NCBI RefSeq assembly: GCF_028641065.1 | Contig: NC_073384.1 | Location: forward strand, 39,246,001-39,310,000 | Direction: 5' to 3' | DNA: 64,000 nucleotides | Source: Leucoraja erinacea | Lineage: Eukaryota | Shown: piece after piece, positions 39,401 through 52,159 of the stretch | How the letters are laid out: every line of letters begins with the position of its first letter | How positions within the stretch are numbered: position 1 is the first letter of the stretch | The notes under the pieces: model-generated | Told to the model about the DNA's origin: nothing | What the model saw: only the letters and a program-made list of their open reading frames with translations | Databases searched by the model: none | Program-made: the position numbers and the translations under genes

Positions 39401-40280
39401 GCACCCTCCTACTCCTTCCAAAGTCCACAATCAGTTCCTTGGTTTTGCTGGTGTTGAGGGCCAGGTTATTGCGCTGGCACCATATGGACAGTTGCTCGAT
39501 CTCTCTTCTATACTCTGACTCATCCCCATCAGTGATACGCCCCACAACAGTGGTGTCGTCAGCGAACTTGATGATGGAGTTCGCACTGTGACTGGCTACG
39601 CAGTCATGAGTATAGAGTGAGTACAGCAGGGGGCTGAGCACGCAGCCTTGAGGTGCTCCCGTGCTGATTGTTATCGAGGCTGACACATTTCCACCAATAC
39701 GAACAGACTGTGGTCTGTGAATGAGGAAGTCGAGGATCCAATTGCAGAGGGATGCGCAGAGACCCAGTTCTGTGAGTTTGGTAACTAGCTTGGAGGGGAT
39801 GATTGTGTTAAATGCCGAGCTGTAATCGATGAATAACAGCCTGACATATGAGTTTTTGTTGTCCAAGTGGTCCAGGGCGGAGTGGTGAGCCAGCGAGATC
39901 GCATCCACTGTTGATCTGTTGTGGCGATAAGCGAACTGCAGTGGGTCCAGGTTTTTGTCGAGGTAGGAGTTGATTTGCTCCATGATCAACCTCTCAAAGC
40001 ACTTCATCACCACCGGCGTTAGTGCCACTGGTCGATAGTCATTGAGGCACGTCACCTTACTCTTCTTGGGCACTGGTATAATTGATGCCCTTTTAAAGCA
40101 GGTGGGGACCTCAGAAGTGAGAGGTTAAAAATGTCCGTACAAACTCCAGCCAGTTGGTCCGCACAGGTTTTTAGAACACGACCGGGTATACCATCAGGTC
40201 CAAGTGCTTTTCGGGGGTTCACCCCTCTGAAGGATTTCCTCACGTCGACCTCTGTGACTGAGACTGAGACGCCATCAGGA
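39400..40280 (-). mobile_element. Rex1/Babar-type RT fragment
   Basis: ORFs 39345-40073 and 40052-40384: [40 protein letters not shown]; frameshifted; joined to a Gypsy remnant. Confidence 0.88.
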
Positions 40281-43200
40281 TAAATCATGATCCTATCATG
40301 ATAGATCCTATCATGATTTATAAGAACACCCCTCTTCCTCCTGCACTCCAAGGAATAAAGTCCTAGTTTGCCCAACCTTTCCATTACCTCAGGCTCTTGA
40401 GTCCTGGCAACTGTTAATTTAATGGTGATTATATATTTGTTGTGCTATTGTGATAATGTGTCTGTAAAGCTGCAGCAAGCGAGAATTTCATTATTCTGTT
40501 CCCGGTGCATATAATATTTAAACATGTTTAACTCAAAATGAGTTTAGGATGTATTGATTTTGAAGGTTCACAATCTCAATTTTGTACAAAATCTGATGTA
40601 TTTAAAGGAAACAAAGGAAAATCAGGGAACAAGTTTATTATTCTCATGCATCTCCCAGTCTTTGGATTAAAAAGTGCCTTTTGGAAAAGATTGCTGGCTT
40701 TGTGGTTCATTTTGATTTAAAAAAAAACCCTCCAAACTGGCAAAGATAAAGCAAAGGAAAGATGTAGCTTCCCAACAATTAATGTCTTACAGAATAAAAT
40801 GTCATACCATTCTTTTCTTCAAATAGACAACTAAATATATATTTTTCTCCCTTCTGCTGAAATTGTTTTATAATTTGCACTTGGCTGTAGTTTGTGCTTT
40901 AGAGTTTCTGTTAATTATAGCTAATGCGTTTAATAATGACGGCTTCTGAAACAAAAATCACTGGAGAAGAGAGAGACATGGCAGTTACCATGACAACAAA
41001 TGCAATCCTGAATTTCACTAGAAAATGAAAACTTATTCCTGCAGCATCTCATTCACTTACAGTTAAAACTGTCTATTGTCTGAAGGGATTTAATAAATAT
41101 GAAATCAAATATCAGTAAATGCCAATAAATATTGTCAAATACAAAAATATATATTCTAGCACCCTTACATTGAAATCAAGAGGTAAAATGAGAAGTTATG
41201 GAGAATTTTCTTCACCAAGAGGTGAATGAGGGTCTCGACAGCCTGAAAGTGGGGAGGGACAGATATTCTCCTCATTAGATTTATATTTAGATGTGGATCC
41301 AATCTAAGCTACATGGTGAGGACTACCAAGTATTATGCTTAATAGATGTTCCTTGGCAATTTGACCTCTGGTTTCACTTAAATCCAACATTTATTCTGAT
41401 TGGTTGGACATGACTGGAGTGCAGCTAAGGCATTGAAATATCAATTATCGCTTTAATCATTTATACAAAGCAAGAGCTCAGCAAAAAAACACACCCAGTA
41501 ACCTGAAGCGGAGCAGGAAAGGATTCAACCAGTATGGTATGAACTGAAGGGAGTAAAGTGGGGATGGGAAATAAGCCAAAACAAATAACCAAGGAACTGA
41601 TAACAGCAGATACATTTCTGAGGTACTTATACTGCCTGTGCCAAAATTTAAGCACCAGTGCAGTACTGTACTGATGAACTGCTCAACTCATGGAATTAGT
41701 GCCCTGATCCAGACCTTGTGTACTCTCTATGTGGAATTTGCACGTTCTCCCTGTGACCACAAGGGTTTCTGCCGGGTGCTTTGGTTTCCTCCACATCCCA
41801 AATACGTGCGGGTTGGTAGGTTAATTGGCCTATGTGTGGAATTTACATGTTCACCCTGTGACCGCGAGGGTTTCCATCGGGTGCTTTGGTTTCCTCCCAC
41901 ATCCCAAAGATGTGCAGGTTGATAGGTTAATTGGCCTATGAAATTGCCCCCAAATCTGTCGGGAGTGGATGAGAAAGTGGGATTACATAAAACTAGTGTG
42001 AACAAGTGATCGATGGTCGGCGAGAACTTGTTGGGCCAAAGGGACTGCTCCATACTTTATCATAAGATCATAAGTGATAGGAATAGAATTAGGCCAATCG
42101 GCCCTTCAAGTCTACTCCACCATTCAACCATGGCTGATCAATCTCTCCCTCCTAACCCCATTCTCCTGCCTTCTCCCCATAACCTCTGACACCCATACTA
42201 ACCATGAATCTATCTATCTCTGCCTTAAATATATCCACTGTCTTTGTCTACGAATTCCACAGATTCACCACCATCTGACTTAAGAAATTCCTTCTCATCT
42301 CCTTCCTAAATGAACGTCTTTTAAATCTGAAGCTATGACCTTTGTGGGAACATCCTCTCCACATCCATTCTATCTAAGTCTTTCACTATTCCCTCCATTT
42401 CCCTCCACAGCTACTGCCTGACCCAGTGAGTTGCTCCAGCAGATTGTTTGTTGCTCCAGATTCCAGAAACTACAGTCCTTTGTGTCTGCAAATCTTCCTT
42501 TTACACTGTAATGCTCATAAATGGGAGAAATAATGCTAGATTTGGGGCACTTTTCAAAGATAAATATAGACAGACTTTTTTTAAAACAACAAGCAAAAAA
42601 AAACAAAACAAAAATTTAAACCTCCGGTGAAAAACATTCAGTAACCTACAGTGCACCAAAAATGTTTTAACTACTAATGAATACAAGCTGAAAATTTATC
42701 AAAATTTCCATCCAGCTTCTCAAGAAAAGCTGTATGAACTTTACTTTTTAAGAAACTTTTAAAACTGACTGGGAAGTGAGCAAGTAGTAGAAAGAAAGAA
42801 CTGCAGATGCTGGTTTACAAAAAACAACGCCGAAGGTTCAGGCAGCATCACTGGAGAAAATGGATAAGTGACATTTTGGATCAGGACCCTTCTTCAGTCC
42901 ACAGGGAAGTAAACTATCTGTGAAAGGTGCTGTTCTGAGAGAGATACAAATAAAACTAATCCAAGTAAACATAGAAACATAGAAAATAGGTGCAGGAGGA
43001 GGCCATTCGGCCCTTCGAGCCAGCACCGCCATTCATGTGATCATGGCTGATCGTCCCCAATCAATGACCCGTGCCTGCCTTCTCCCCATATCCCTTGATT
43101 CCACCAGCCCCTATAGCTCTATCTAACTCCGCTTACTTCCTGTGGCTTGCTTGACTGTTGACAAAATGTAAACTAATTAAATGAAGACATTCATGAAGCT

Positions 43201-44716
43201 ACATAGGCCAATTGGATAGGGAGACATTGCATCAATCAGTTGTTATGGCATGCGTTTTACATCAAAAAAGCAAGTTGTTCTTGCCTGCCACTGACTTCCA
43301 AAACAAGCACAGATTAATCTGAATTTTCCCTGTCAAGAACTTGTAGAGAGAAGCTGGGTTCATCCATTGTGAAGAAGCCTTGGCAGGGCCTTCAATGACT
43401 CAATGGGATTATCCGTATGTATGGGTATATGGATCACAGTCAGATTGTTGAACCAACAAAACAGCTGAAAAACATTGACAGCCAGCCTCCATACCTTTTA
43501 AAGTCATCAAAGAGACTGAATATTTCAGATCTTTAAAAACTATAAAAAATAATCAAAACTATAATTTTTTTAAATGACAAAAATAAAATATCTAAAAATA
43601 CAAAGGGAGTTAAATATTCAAACAATTTTAACATCCTAAATGAGCAAATACTCACTTTACAGTCTTTCCCTTTGGTTGAAATCAATAGTGACACAATTGT
43701 TCAGCAAGGTCCACCATGGTGTTGATTTTCAAGGGAAATTCACTGCATAATTGAAGAGAAAAGTACTTGTGATGATATTCCTACAAGAAACCACTAACAG
43801 CAACATGAAGACTTCACTGTGAAGAAATGCCAAAGTCACGAACAGATTTGCAGGGAAGTGTTGGATACCGAATGGAAAATCGGAAGGAAGTGGGATGAGG
43901 GGATAGTGGGGTGGGGAATTGAGATGGTTGGCCAGGGAGAGATCAACAAGATGGGGCACAAGGTTCAACGGCTGGGACCAAGAACAAGAGATCACAAGAA
44001 ATAGAGGAGAGGGGAGGGAGAAATAGAGAGTATTGAATTGAATTGAATTTCCTTTATTGTCATTCAAACCTTTCAGTCTGAACAAAATTTCGTGCCTGCA
44101 GTCATACATACAATAATACAATATTAAACAACAGAACAGACAGTAAACACAAATTAACGTCCACCATGCACCTCCTCACTGTGATGGAGGCAAAAATCTT
44201 AGGGCTGCAGTCTCTTGCCTCCTCTTCTCCCTGGTGAGAGACGAGTGGTCAGAGTTGAAGGAGAGAGAGAGTGAGAGTGAGAGAGAGAGAAGAGGGGGTG
44301 GGGTGACAGAGAGGGTGAGAGAGAGAAAGAGATTTTATATGTTTTGCACGGAGAATACTTGAAAGAGTAGATTACGATTAATATGTGTGTTTTTATTACC
44401 TTATTTTGATTTCAATTTTGATAAAATAACGTTTTATTACTGGAAAATAGTAGATGTATTTTTAAAAGCCTTTTATTTTTAAAATAAGGAAATTCTTAAA
44501 CTGGAATACAACCACTGTTCTTACATTGAAACATGGAGAATTTATTTTTGGATTTACATAGAAAACATAGAAAACAAAGAAAATAGGTGCAGGAGGAGGC
44601 CATTTGGTCCTTCAAGTCTGCACCACCATTCATTGTGATCATGGCTGATCATCGATAATCAGTAACCCATGCCTGCCTTCTCCCCATATCCCTTGATTCC
44701 GCTAGCCTTTATCTAA

Positions 44717-45909
44717 AGGGCCTGTCCCACAAAGGACGACTCTTTAGGCGATTGATGATTTGGACGAGGGTATTGAATGCAACATCTCCAAGTTTGCGGA
44801 TGACACGAAGCTGGGGGGCAGTGTTATGCTAGGAGGCTGCAAGGTGACTTGGATAGGCTGGTTGAGTGGGCAAATGCATGGCAGATGCAGTATAATGTGG
44901 ATAAATGTGAGGTTATCCATTTTGGTGGCAAAAACAGGAAAGTAGACTATTATCTAAATGGTGGCCGATTAGGAAAAGGGGAGATGCAACGAGACCTGGG
45001 TGTCATGGTACACCAGTATTTAAAAGTAGGCATGCAGGTGCAGCAGGCAGTGAAGAAGGCGAATGGTATGTCAGCATTCATAGCAAAAGGATTTGAGTAT
45101 AGGAGCAGGGAGGTTCTACTGCAATTGTACAGGGTCTTGGTAAGACCACATCTGGAGTATTGCGCACAGTTTTGGTCTCCAAATCTGAGGAAAGACATTC
45201 TTGCCATAGAGGGAGTGCAGAGAAGGTTCACCAGACTGATTCCTGGGATGTCAGGACTTCCATATGAAGAAAGACTGGATAGACTCGGCTTGTACTTGCT
45301 AGAATTTAGAAGATTGAGGGGGGATCTTATAGAAACTTACTAAATTCTTAAGGGGTTAGACAGGCTAGATGCAGGAAGATTGTTCCTGATGTTGGGGAAG
45401 TCCAGGGCAATGGGTCACAGTTTAAGGATAAAGGGGAAATCCTTTAGGACCGAGATGAGAAAAACATTTTTCACACAGAGTGGTGAATCTCAGGAACTCT
45501 CTGCCGCAGAAGGTAGTTGAGGCCAGTTCATGGGCTATATTTAAGAGGGAGTTAGATGTGGCCCTTGTGGCTAAATGGATCAGGGGGTATGGAGAGAAGG
45601 CAGGTACAGGGTACCGAGTTGGATGATCAGCCATGATCACATTGAATGGCGGTGCAGGCTCGAAGGGCCGAATGGCCTACTCCTGCACCTATTTTCTATG
45701 TTTCTATGACTGCCAAGGACTAGTTTTAACGGAATTCACCTCCGACACCTGGCGACAATCTACGACATCACCTACGACAACCTATGACAACACCTGAGTC
45801 AACCTACGTCAAAATTGTCGCCACTGTCGCCGAACAATTTTCAACTTGTTGAAAATTTTGCAGCAGTCATCTGTAGTCGCCCAAAAAATCGCCTAAGTGG
45901 GACGGGCCC
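44717..45909. mobile_element. Harbinger-type MITE interrupted by a CR1 insertion
   Basis: Ends AGGGCCTGTCCCAC... and ...GTGGGACGGGCCC, related to the 23548 element; CR1 occupies about 44753-45707. Confidence 0.72.
44753..45707 (+). mobile_element. CR1/HER1 LINE 3' fragment
   Basis: [22 protein letters not shown] and 3' tail. Confidence 0.92.
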
Positions 45910-46459
45910 AAAACGTTCTTTTAAATTCACCCAGTGAATTTGCCTCTACTGCCTTCTGTGGCACAGAATTCCACCAATTCACAACTCTCTGGGTAAAAAA
46001 GTTTTTTCTCATCTCAGTTTTAAACGGCTCCTGGTTCTGGACTCCCCCATCATTGGGAACATTTTTCCTGCATCTAGCTGGTCCAGACCTTTTATCTATA
46101 TTACTAAAAGTCTGATCTTGACCGCTTTTGGCTCGCTGTGCTGCGATTATCGAGAGAACACTGCCACATACGGCCGTCATTTTTGTCCACCTCGCTCAGA
46201 GCCCGCCTCCCCCTGCCGGGACTGGAGGATTTTTCCCCTCGATGAAAAATGAGAGAGATATTAATGTTTTTTAATAATTTGCCATTCTCTCTGCTGCCCC
46301 TGCTGGAGGGACTATAAAACCAGGAAGTGGTGTGCCTCACTCAGTCTCTGCAAGATGGAGGAAGCCGTCACGTCTCTCTGAGCTCTGAATAACACTGAAC
46401 ACATGTCTACTCAACTGTGAGTACCCTTAATGTGGTTTGAAAATGAAGATATGGTTGGT

Positions 46460-46572
46460 TTGAAGTAAAAATGCACAGCTAATGAAGTAAAAATGCACTG
46501 CCAATGAAGTAAAAATGCACTGCTAATGAAGTAAAAATGCACTACTAATGAAGTAAAAATGCACTGCTAATG
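46460..46572. repeat. 22-bp tandem repeat
   Basis: About 5 copies of AATGAAGTAAAAATGCACTGCT. Confidence 0.9.
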
Positions 46573-46804
46573 GTTGTTAGTGTTTAAAAAATGTTGAGAA
46601 TCTCTCTCCTGTCAATCACACCATGAAGGCCACACCTTTTCCAGTGGAAGGGGGAGGGATTATAAAACCAGGATGTGTGGGTGTGGCTCAGTCTCTGTAT
46701 GATGGGGAGGGAGAGGTCACAACTCTGAGCTGTGAATCAACTGAACACACTGAATGTCTACTGAACAGTGTGTGGTGTTTTGTGTGGTTTTATGGTGGTT
46801 TCAC

Positions 46805-47295
46805 CTTGCTTGAAATGGTATAAAACTGCATTTGAATATGGTGGCCTTGCAACCTGCATGAAATGGTATGAAACTGCATTTGAATGTGGTGCTGTTGCAC
46901 CCTCCATTAAATGGTATGAAACTGCATTTGAATTTGGTGGCCATGCACCCTCCTTGAATGGTATGAAGCTGCACTTGAATTAGGTGGCCTTGCACCCTGC
47001 TTGAAGTGGTATGAATCTGCACTTGAATTTGGTAGTCTTGCACCCTGCTAGAAGTGGTTGGAAACTGCACTTGAATTTGGTGGCCTTGCACCCTGTTTGA
47101 AGTGATAGGAAACTGAACCTGAATTTGGTGGCCTTGCAGCCTGCTTGAAGTGGTATGAAACGGCACTTGAATTTTGTGGCCTTGCACACTGCTCGAAGAG
47201 GTAAGAAACTGCACTTGAATTTGGTGGCCTTGCACCCTGCTTGAAATGGTAGGAAAATGAATTTGAATTTGGTGGCCTTGCACTCTGTTTGAAAT
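46805..47295. repeat. Minisatellite with unit of about 45 bp inside the Helitron-like element
   Basis: About 10 diverged copies of CTTGAAGTGGTATGAAACTGCACTTGAATTTGGTGGCCTTGCACCCTG. Confidence 0.9.
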
Positions 47296-48994
47296 GGAAT
47301 TTCAAGGAATAGCTGTGAGTCAACTGCCAACCCACCAGCTGTGAGTGAGCTGCCAGCACATCAGGCTTGAGGGAATGAGTTGCCACACCAAGAATCTATT
47401 TGGCCCACAATGTCCATACTAGCCCTCTGGAGACCAGTAGTCCCTGCAGCCAACAACACCCATACCAGCTCTCCAGAAAGCCCGCCCTCCACTGGCCACC
47501 AATATTGGAATTGGTGGAGATGTGGAATATTGCGTTGGGGGACCAGCCCTCCCGTGTGAACATGGGACCCAACGGGTCCCACTTAGTTTAGCAATTTATA
47601 GAAATGTATTAACATTTTCTGGACTTTTTTTTTAATTATGTGGGCATTTTTCTGGGACGTAGCCCTTTCATTAATCATGTGAAATCTGTAGCTGAGGATG
47701 CCATTTCAAGTCCTCTGCCAAATGAACCTTATATTTTAAGACAGCCATACAAAACTTAAAACATTTAAGGAGGTATATGCTTAGACACCACTTACGCAAC
47801 AAGGGAATTGGTTCAGATCCCTTCAGCCCTTTGTGTTTGTACCTGTCAAGAAAGCACTAACCAGCCTACTCCCACATTCCAAAACCCAGCAGGTCATGGC
47901 TCGTTGAGCAAATTTTAATTGTGATGAGGATTTCTTACAAGTTTAGGCAGTGAGCTCCAACTTGTTTTTTTACTTTAAATCTTCACTACCTGATTTTTCT
48001 ACCTCTCTGTATTTATTAAGCAGATGCTCTTCATTATTAAATGCACTTTGATTGACTCTACCCTTGCTTCAAGAAAATATCCAATCTTTCCTCATAGCTC
48101 CAATTTTCAGCATTGATATATCTCTTCAGTTCTCTCTCCAGTGAAATTATTATATTTCCTGTAAACTACAGAATTATGTGCTGTAACTCTGGACTAACAG
48201 ATATGCTACGCATTTCAAGGATATTCTCCCAATTTGTATATTCTCTGCCTCAGCATAAAAGGCAAACTTTTGATACAATTAATCCTGATCCAAAACATCA
48301 CCTGCCCATTTCTTCCACAAATGCTGCCTGATCCGCTGAGTTCCTCCAGCACTTTGTGTTAAGCTCTCAGTTCTAGCATCTGCAGTTCCATATTTTTTGG
48401 TTCTATTCTTGGAAAATAAACTCGAGTGTGTTCGTTTTTTATAGTTTTGTTAACCTGCAGCACATTTTTTAATGATTTGTATATTTGTACTCCAAGAGTA
48501 CAAATATAATCCTATGGAATGGAAGGATATGGATCAGGTTTAGGCAGAGGTAATGCGTTTTACATCATTCTTTATGGGCCGAATGGCCTGTTCAGGCCTA
48601 TACTGCTCTATGTTCCAATGTTAACACATAACTAATTGGATACAAGCAGTGAACTCTCAACATGAACAACCCCACGTACAGATGAGCTCCCATAACTCTA
48701 TTAAATTCAAAAGTCTAACGAAGGAACAACAGTAAAACTGAACCAAAACGTCACCTATTCCTTTTTTCCGGAGATGCTGCCTGACCAGCTGAGTTACTCC
48801 AGCATTTTGTCTATCTTCAGTGTAAACCAGCACAGCAGAACTAGTTCCCTCTCTACACCTTCTAGTAATTATTAGTTCTTATCACTCTTGTATGTTTTTG
48901 ATGTCATTTATTTAAATAATGTGGAGGTATGGTGAGCAAATCGAATGGCTCGTGTGCATTTATGGATTCCTGTAAAAAGGTTCAATGCTTCAAC

Positions 48995-49760
48995 ACACAT
49001 AGAAAATAGGTGCAGGAGTTTCAGCCCGTCGAGCCTGCACCGCCATTCAATATGATCATGGCTGATCATCCAACTCAGTATCCCATCCCTGCCTTCTCTC
49101 CATACCCCCTGATCCCTTTAGCCACAAGGGCCACATCTAACTCCCTCTTAAATATAGCCAATGAACTGGCCTCAACTACCTTCTGTGCCAGACAATTCCA
49201 CAGATTCACCACTCTCTGTGTAAAAAATGATTTTCTCATCTCGGTCCTAAAAGACTACCCTCTTATCCTTAAACTGTGACCCCTAGTGATCATGTGATCA
49301 GTCTGAAGAAGGGCTTCGGCCCGAAACGTTGCCTATTTCCTTCGCTCCATAGATGCTGCTGCACCCGCTGAGTTTCTCCAGCAATTTTGTGTACCTTCGA
49401 TTTTCCAGCATCTGCAGTTCCTTCTTGAGCACCCCTAGTTCTGGACTACCCCAACATCGGGAATAATCTTCCTGCATCTAGCCTGTCCAACCCCTTAAGA
49501 ATTTTGTAAGTTTCTATAAGATCCCCCCTCAATCTTCTGAATTCTAGTGTGTACAAGCCGAGTCTATCCAGTCTTTCTTCATATGAAAGTCCTGCCATCC
49601 CAGGAATCAGTTTGGTGAACCTTCTCTGTACTCCCTCTTTGGCAAGAATGTCTTTCCTCAGATTAGGAGACCAAAACTGTACGCAATACTCCAGGTGTGG
49701 TCTCACCAAGACCCTGTACAACTGCAGTAGAACCTCCCTGCACTTATACTCAAATACTCG
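48995..49760 (-). mobile_element. CR1/HER1 LINE 3' fragment interrupted by a Penelope-type repeat
   Basis: ORF 49446-49772 is the CR1 C-terminus; insertion at about 49288-49430 flanked by an ACCCCTAGT duplication. Confidence 0.9.
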
Positions 49761-49949
49761 CACGTTCATCACTCATGTGTTTATTATTACAATAAGATAG
49801 ATGCAGTTAAATTATTTGCCTTTCAGTAAAATCACACTATACATAAACATAATCTGCAGTGTAAGAATAGTTGACCACCAAAGGAGCACATAAAAAGTCG
49901 CCACGTTTACGGGCACCTGGTAATCTGGGGACAGAATGTAACTCCGCCA

Positions 49950-50900
49950 AAGAGTCACCAAATGCACATCAGCATAACCAGTCGCTGTCCACGGTCAATT
50001 AACCAGTGATCCAAAACAAACCCACCAGCAGCCACGTTGAAGCCACACGTCAGATTGCACAACGTGGGGATCCTGGCAGCTCTTCCATCCCCGCCCCCCC
50101 CCCCCCCCCCCTCTGTGGACCAGCCGATTGGCTCTCCGCGCTGCCGATCACTCACGCACGCCATGGTAACGAACACGTCCCGCCCCCTTTGGCGGGTCCG
50201 CCCCGCCCCCTTCTGCAGCGCGACACTCCCATTGGTGCAACGTGAAATCCCGCCTCCTCCGCTATTGGCCAGCGTGGACGTCAATCCCAGCTCCAACCGC
50301 CTCCCACCGACCCCGAGACGTCAATCGCGGCATCAACCGCCTCGCACTTATTCCAGGCTTGAATGTGGCGGCGTCAAAGGGGGAGGAAAAGGAAAGTATA
50401 TCCGCACTTTCTACTTACTCGGCCGATCAGGATGGTCATGCCGACTCCATGTTAGACGACTTTTATTCCCCGTCAACCGGTGCATCCTGTTAGCTGGGAG
50501 CCGGGGTCGGCGTGGTCCGCGCGTTGCTGTGGTAACGCCCCCACCTCCCCAGTGAAGGCTGAGCCTTCCGTCACCCCGGTGGTTCTGTTGCCCCGGTGAC
50601 CGGCCGGTTGGTCGGTCGGTCCGTGCACCTGCCCGTTGCTGCGCCGCCGCCGCCGCCGCTCCCCTCAGCTTCAGCCTGCGCCATGGGTCACGGACTGAAG
50701 TGCGGGGTAGCCATCTCGTTCTGCGCCGTTTTCATGGCTTATTGGTACCGGCAGCAGGTAGACCGCGAGCTGGACTCGCGGCTGGAGACGGTGCTGTCGT
50801 CGCTGCTGAAAGCCGAAAGGAAAGTGGACCTGAACCGGCGGCCTCGAGTGGCAGTAGGTGAGGAAACGGAGGTGCGATCGGTCGACATGTTCGATGAGGG
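49950..50900 (+). promoter_or_regulatory. CpG island and promoter of the ADPGK-like gene
   Basis: High GC and CpG density; three ATTGG (CCAAT) boxes near 50126, 50231 and 50264; GC box CCGCCCCGCCCCC near 50198; GACGTCA twice (about 50277 and 50317); RFX X-box-like GTTGCTGTGGTAAC near 50523; (GCC)n before the ATG. Confidence 0.8.
50683..50857 (+). CDS. adpgk: ADP-dependent glucokinase (adpgk2-type) exon 1
   Basis: Kozak gccATGG; MGHGLKCGVAISFCAVFMAYWYRQQVDRELDSRLETVLSSLLKAERKVDLNRRPRVAV(G); N-terminal hydrophobic anchor and RVAVG motif; gtgagg donor, phase 1. Confidence 0.9.
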
Positions 50901-52159
50901 TGCCCTCATCGCTGTGAGCAAAGCACCAAGTGCTGCAGTGACTCAGAGGCATTTGTGGAAGGAATGGACAGCTTGTGGACCCGAAACGTTGTCTGCCCAT
51001 TTCCCTCCACAGATGCTGCCTGACGCGCTGTGTTCAGCACGTTGTGTTTTGCTCAGGATTCCAGTATCTACAGTTGTTTTTTTCTGTCACCCTAATTATA
51101 TCATATCAACGAGTAACTTCTCCAAGACAAAATGTGTAGGAAGATCTGTGCAGATCTGGTTTAAAGGGAAGACAGGCACAACAAGCTGGAGTAACTCAGC
51201 GGCTCAGGCAACATCTCTGGTGAAAAAGGAATAGGTGGCGTTCCGCTGGGAACCTTCAGACTCCCGACCCGAAACGTCTCCAGAGATGCTGCCTGACCCG
51301 TAAGAATAGTTGACCACCAAAGGATTACTCCAGCACTTTGTTTCTACAAGATATAGGAGTTATTTTAAAGTTCTGTCATCTGTAAGTGTTCACCTACTGT
51401 CAGTTATAAAAAATAATGCTGAAAATACCGAGTAGGTCGGGCACCACCAGTCGAAAGAGCTGAAAAAATTATTTTAAAAATAAGTATTCACTCAGCAAAG
51501 ACATGCCAAGAGTTTTATTTAGTTCTTAAATGATTTAGTTGAGACTTGTATTCTTGCAGTATTTCAAGAGTGTTTGATTGTCATATGTACATAAAGGAAA
51601 CAATGAAATTCTTACTTGCAGCATCTCAACAGGATTGTATACACAGAACTCAGTAGATAATATAATAACCAGACAAAAAGTTCAATAAATAAAACATGTG
51701 TAGGAAGGAACTGTAGATGCTGGTTTAAACCGAAGATAGACACAAAATGCTGGAGCAACTCAGCGACAGGCAGCATCTTTGGAGAGAAGGAATGGGTGAC
51801 ATTTTGGGCCAAGACCCTTTTTCAGACTGGGAGTAAGGGGAAACATTATTGATTGTCTGTCATCGGCCCAGTTGTACAGCGAGACAGAATTGCTTGAATA
51901 TTTGGCAATAGTAAGGAGGAATTTGAAGAGTTTTTACAGACAATATTGTTTGACCCAGGACCCTGAATGAAAACAGGATTTTCAAAAATAAAATAACGCC
52001 GGTGCTGGAGCTGCAAAGTGACCTGCAATATTAGGGTCTCGACCTCTCCAGAGATGCTGCCTGTCCTGCTGAGTTACTCCAGCATTTTGTGTCTATCTTT
52101 GATTTAAACCAGCATTTCCTTCCTACTCATCTAAAATATTAATACAGGCAGCACCTGAG

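Larger units (their letters stand above)
46095..47591 (+). mobile_element. Non-autonomous Helitron-like element with internal tandem repeats
   Basis: 5' A|TC start; 3' hairpin TGGGACCC-AAC-GGGTCCCA (47563-47581) about 10 nt before a degenerate CTAG-like end (TTAG); no TIR or TSD. Confidence 0.7.

Noticed and set aside
38907-39518. 203-aa plus-strand ORF
   Set aside because: Antisense to the Gypsy integrase and Rex1 junction; no recognisable domain
41730-41940. About 100-bp direct duplication (smaller ones near 3125-3190 and 14010-14062)
   Set aside because: Local slippage duplications inside SINE or CR1 copies; no sign of function
46768-47386. Repetitive ORFs (QGHQIQVQF.., CKATKFKC..) and a regularly spaced array that might suggest CRISPR or a repeat protein
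   Set aside because: The units are a diverged minisatellite with no unique spacers, inside a Helitron-like element in vertebrate DNA; the ORFs are by-products
50596-51234. 212-aa ORF as a complete gene
   Set aside because: Only 50683-50857 is adpgk exon 1; the rest reads through the GT donor into intronic repeats
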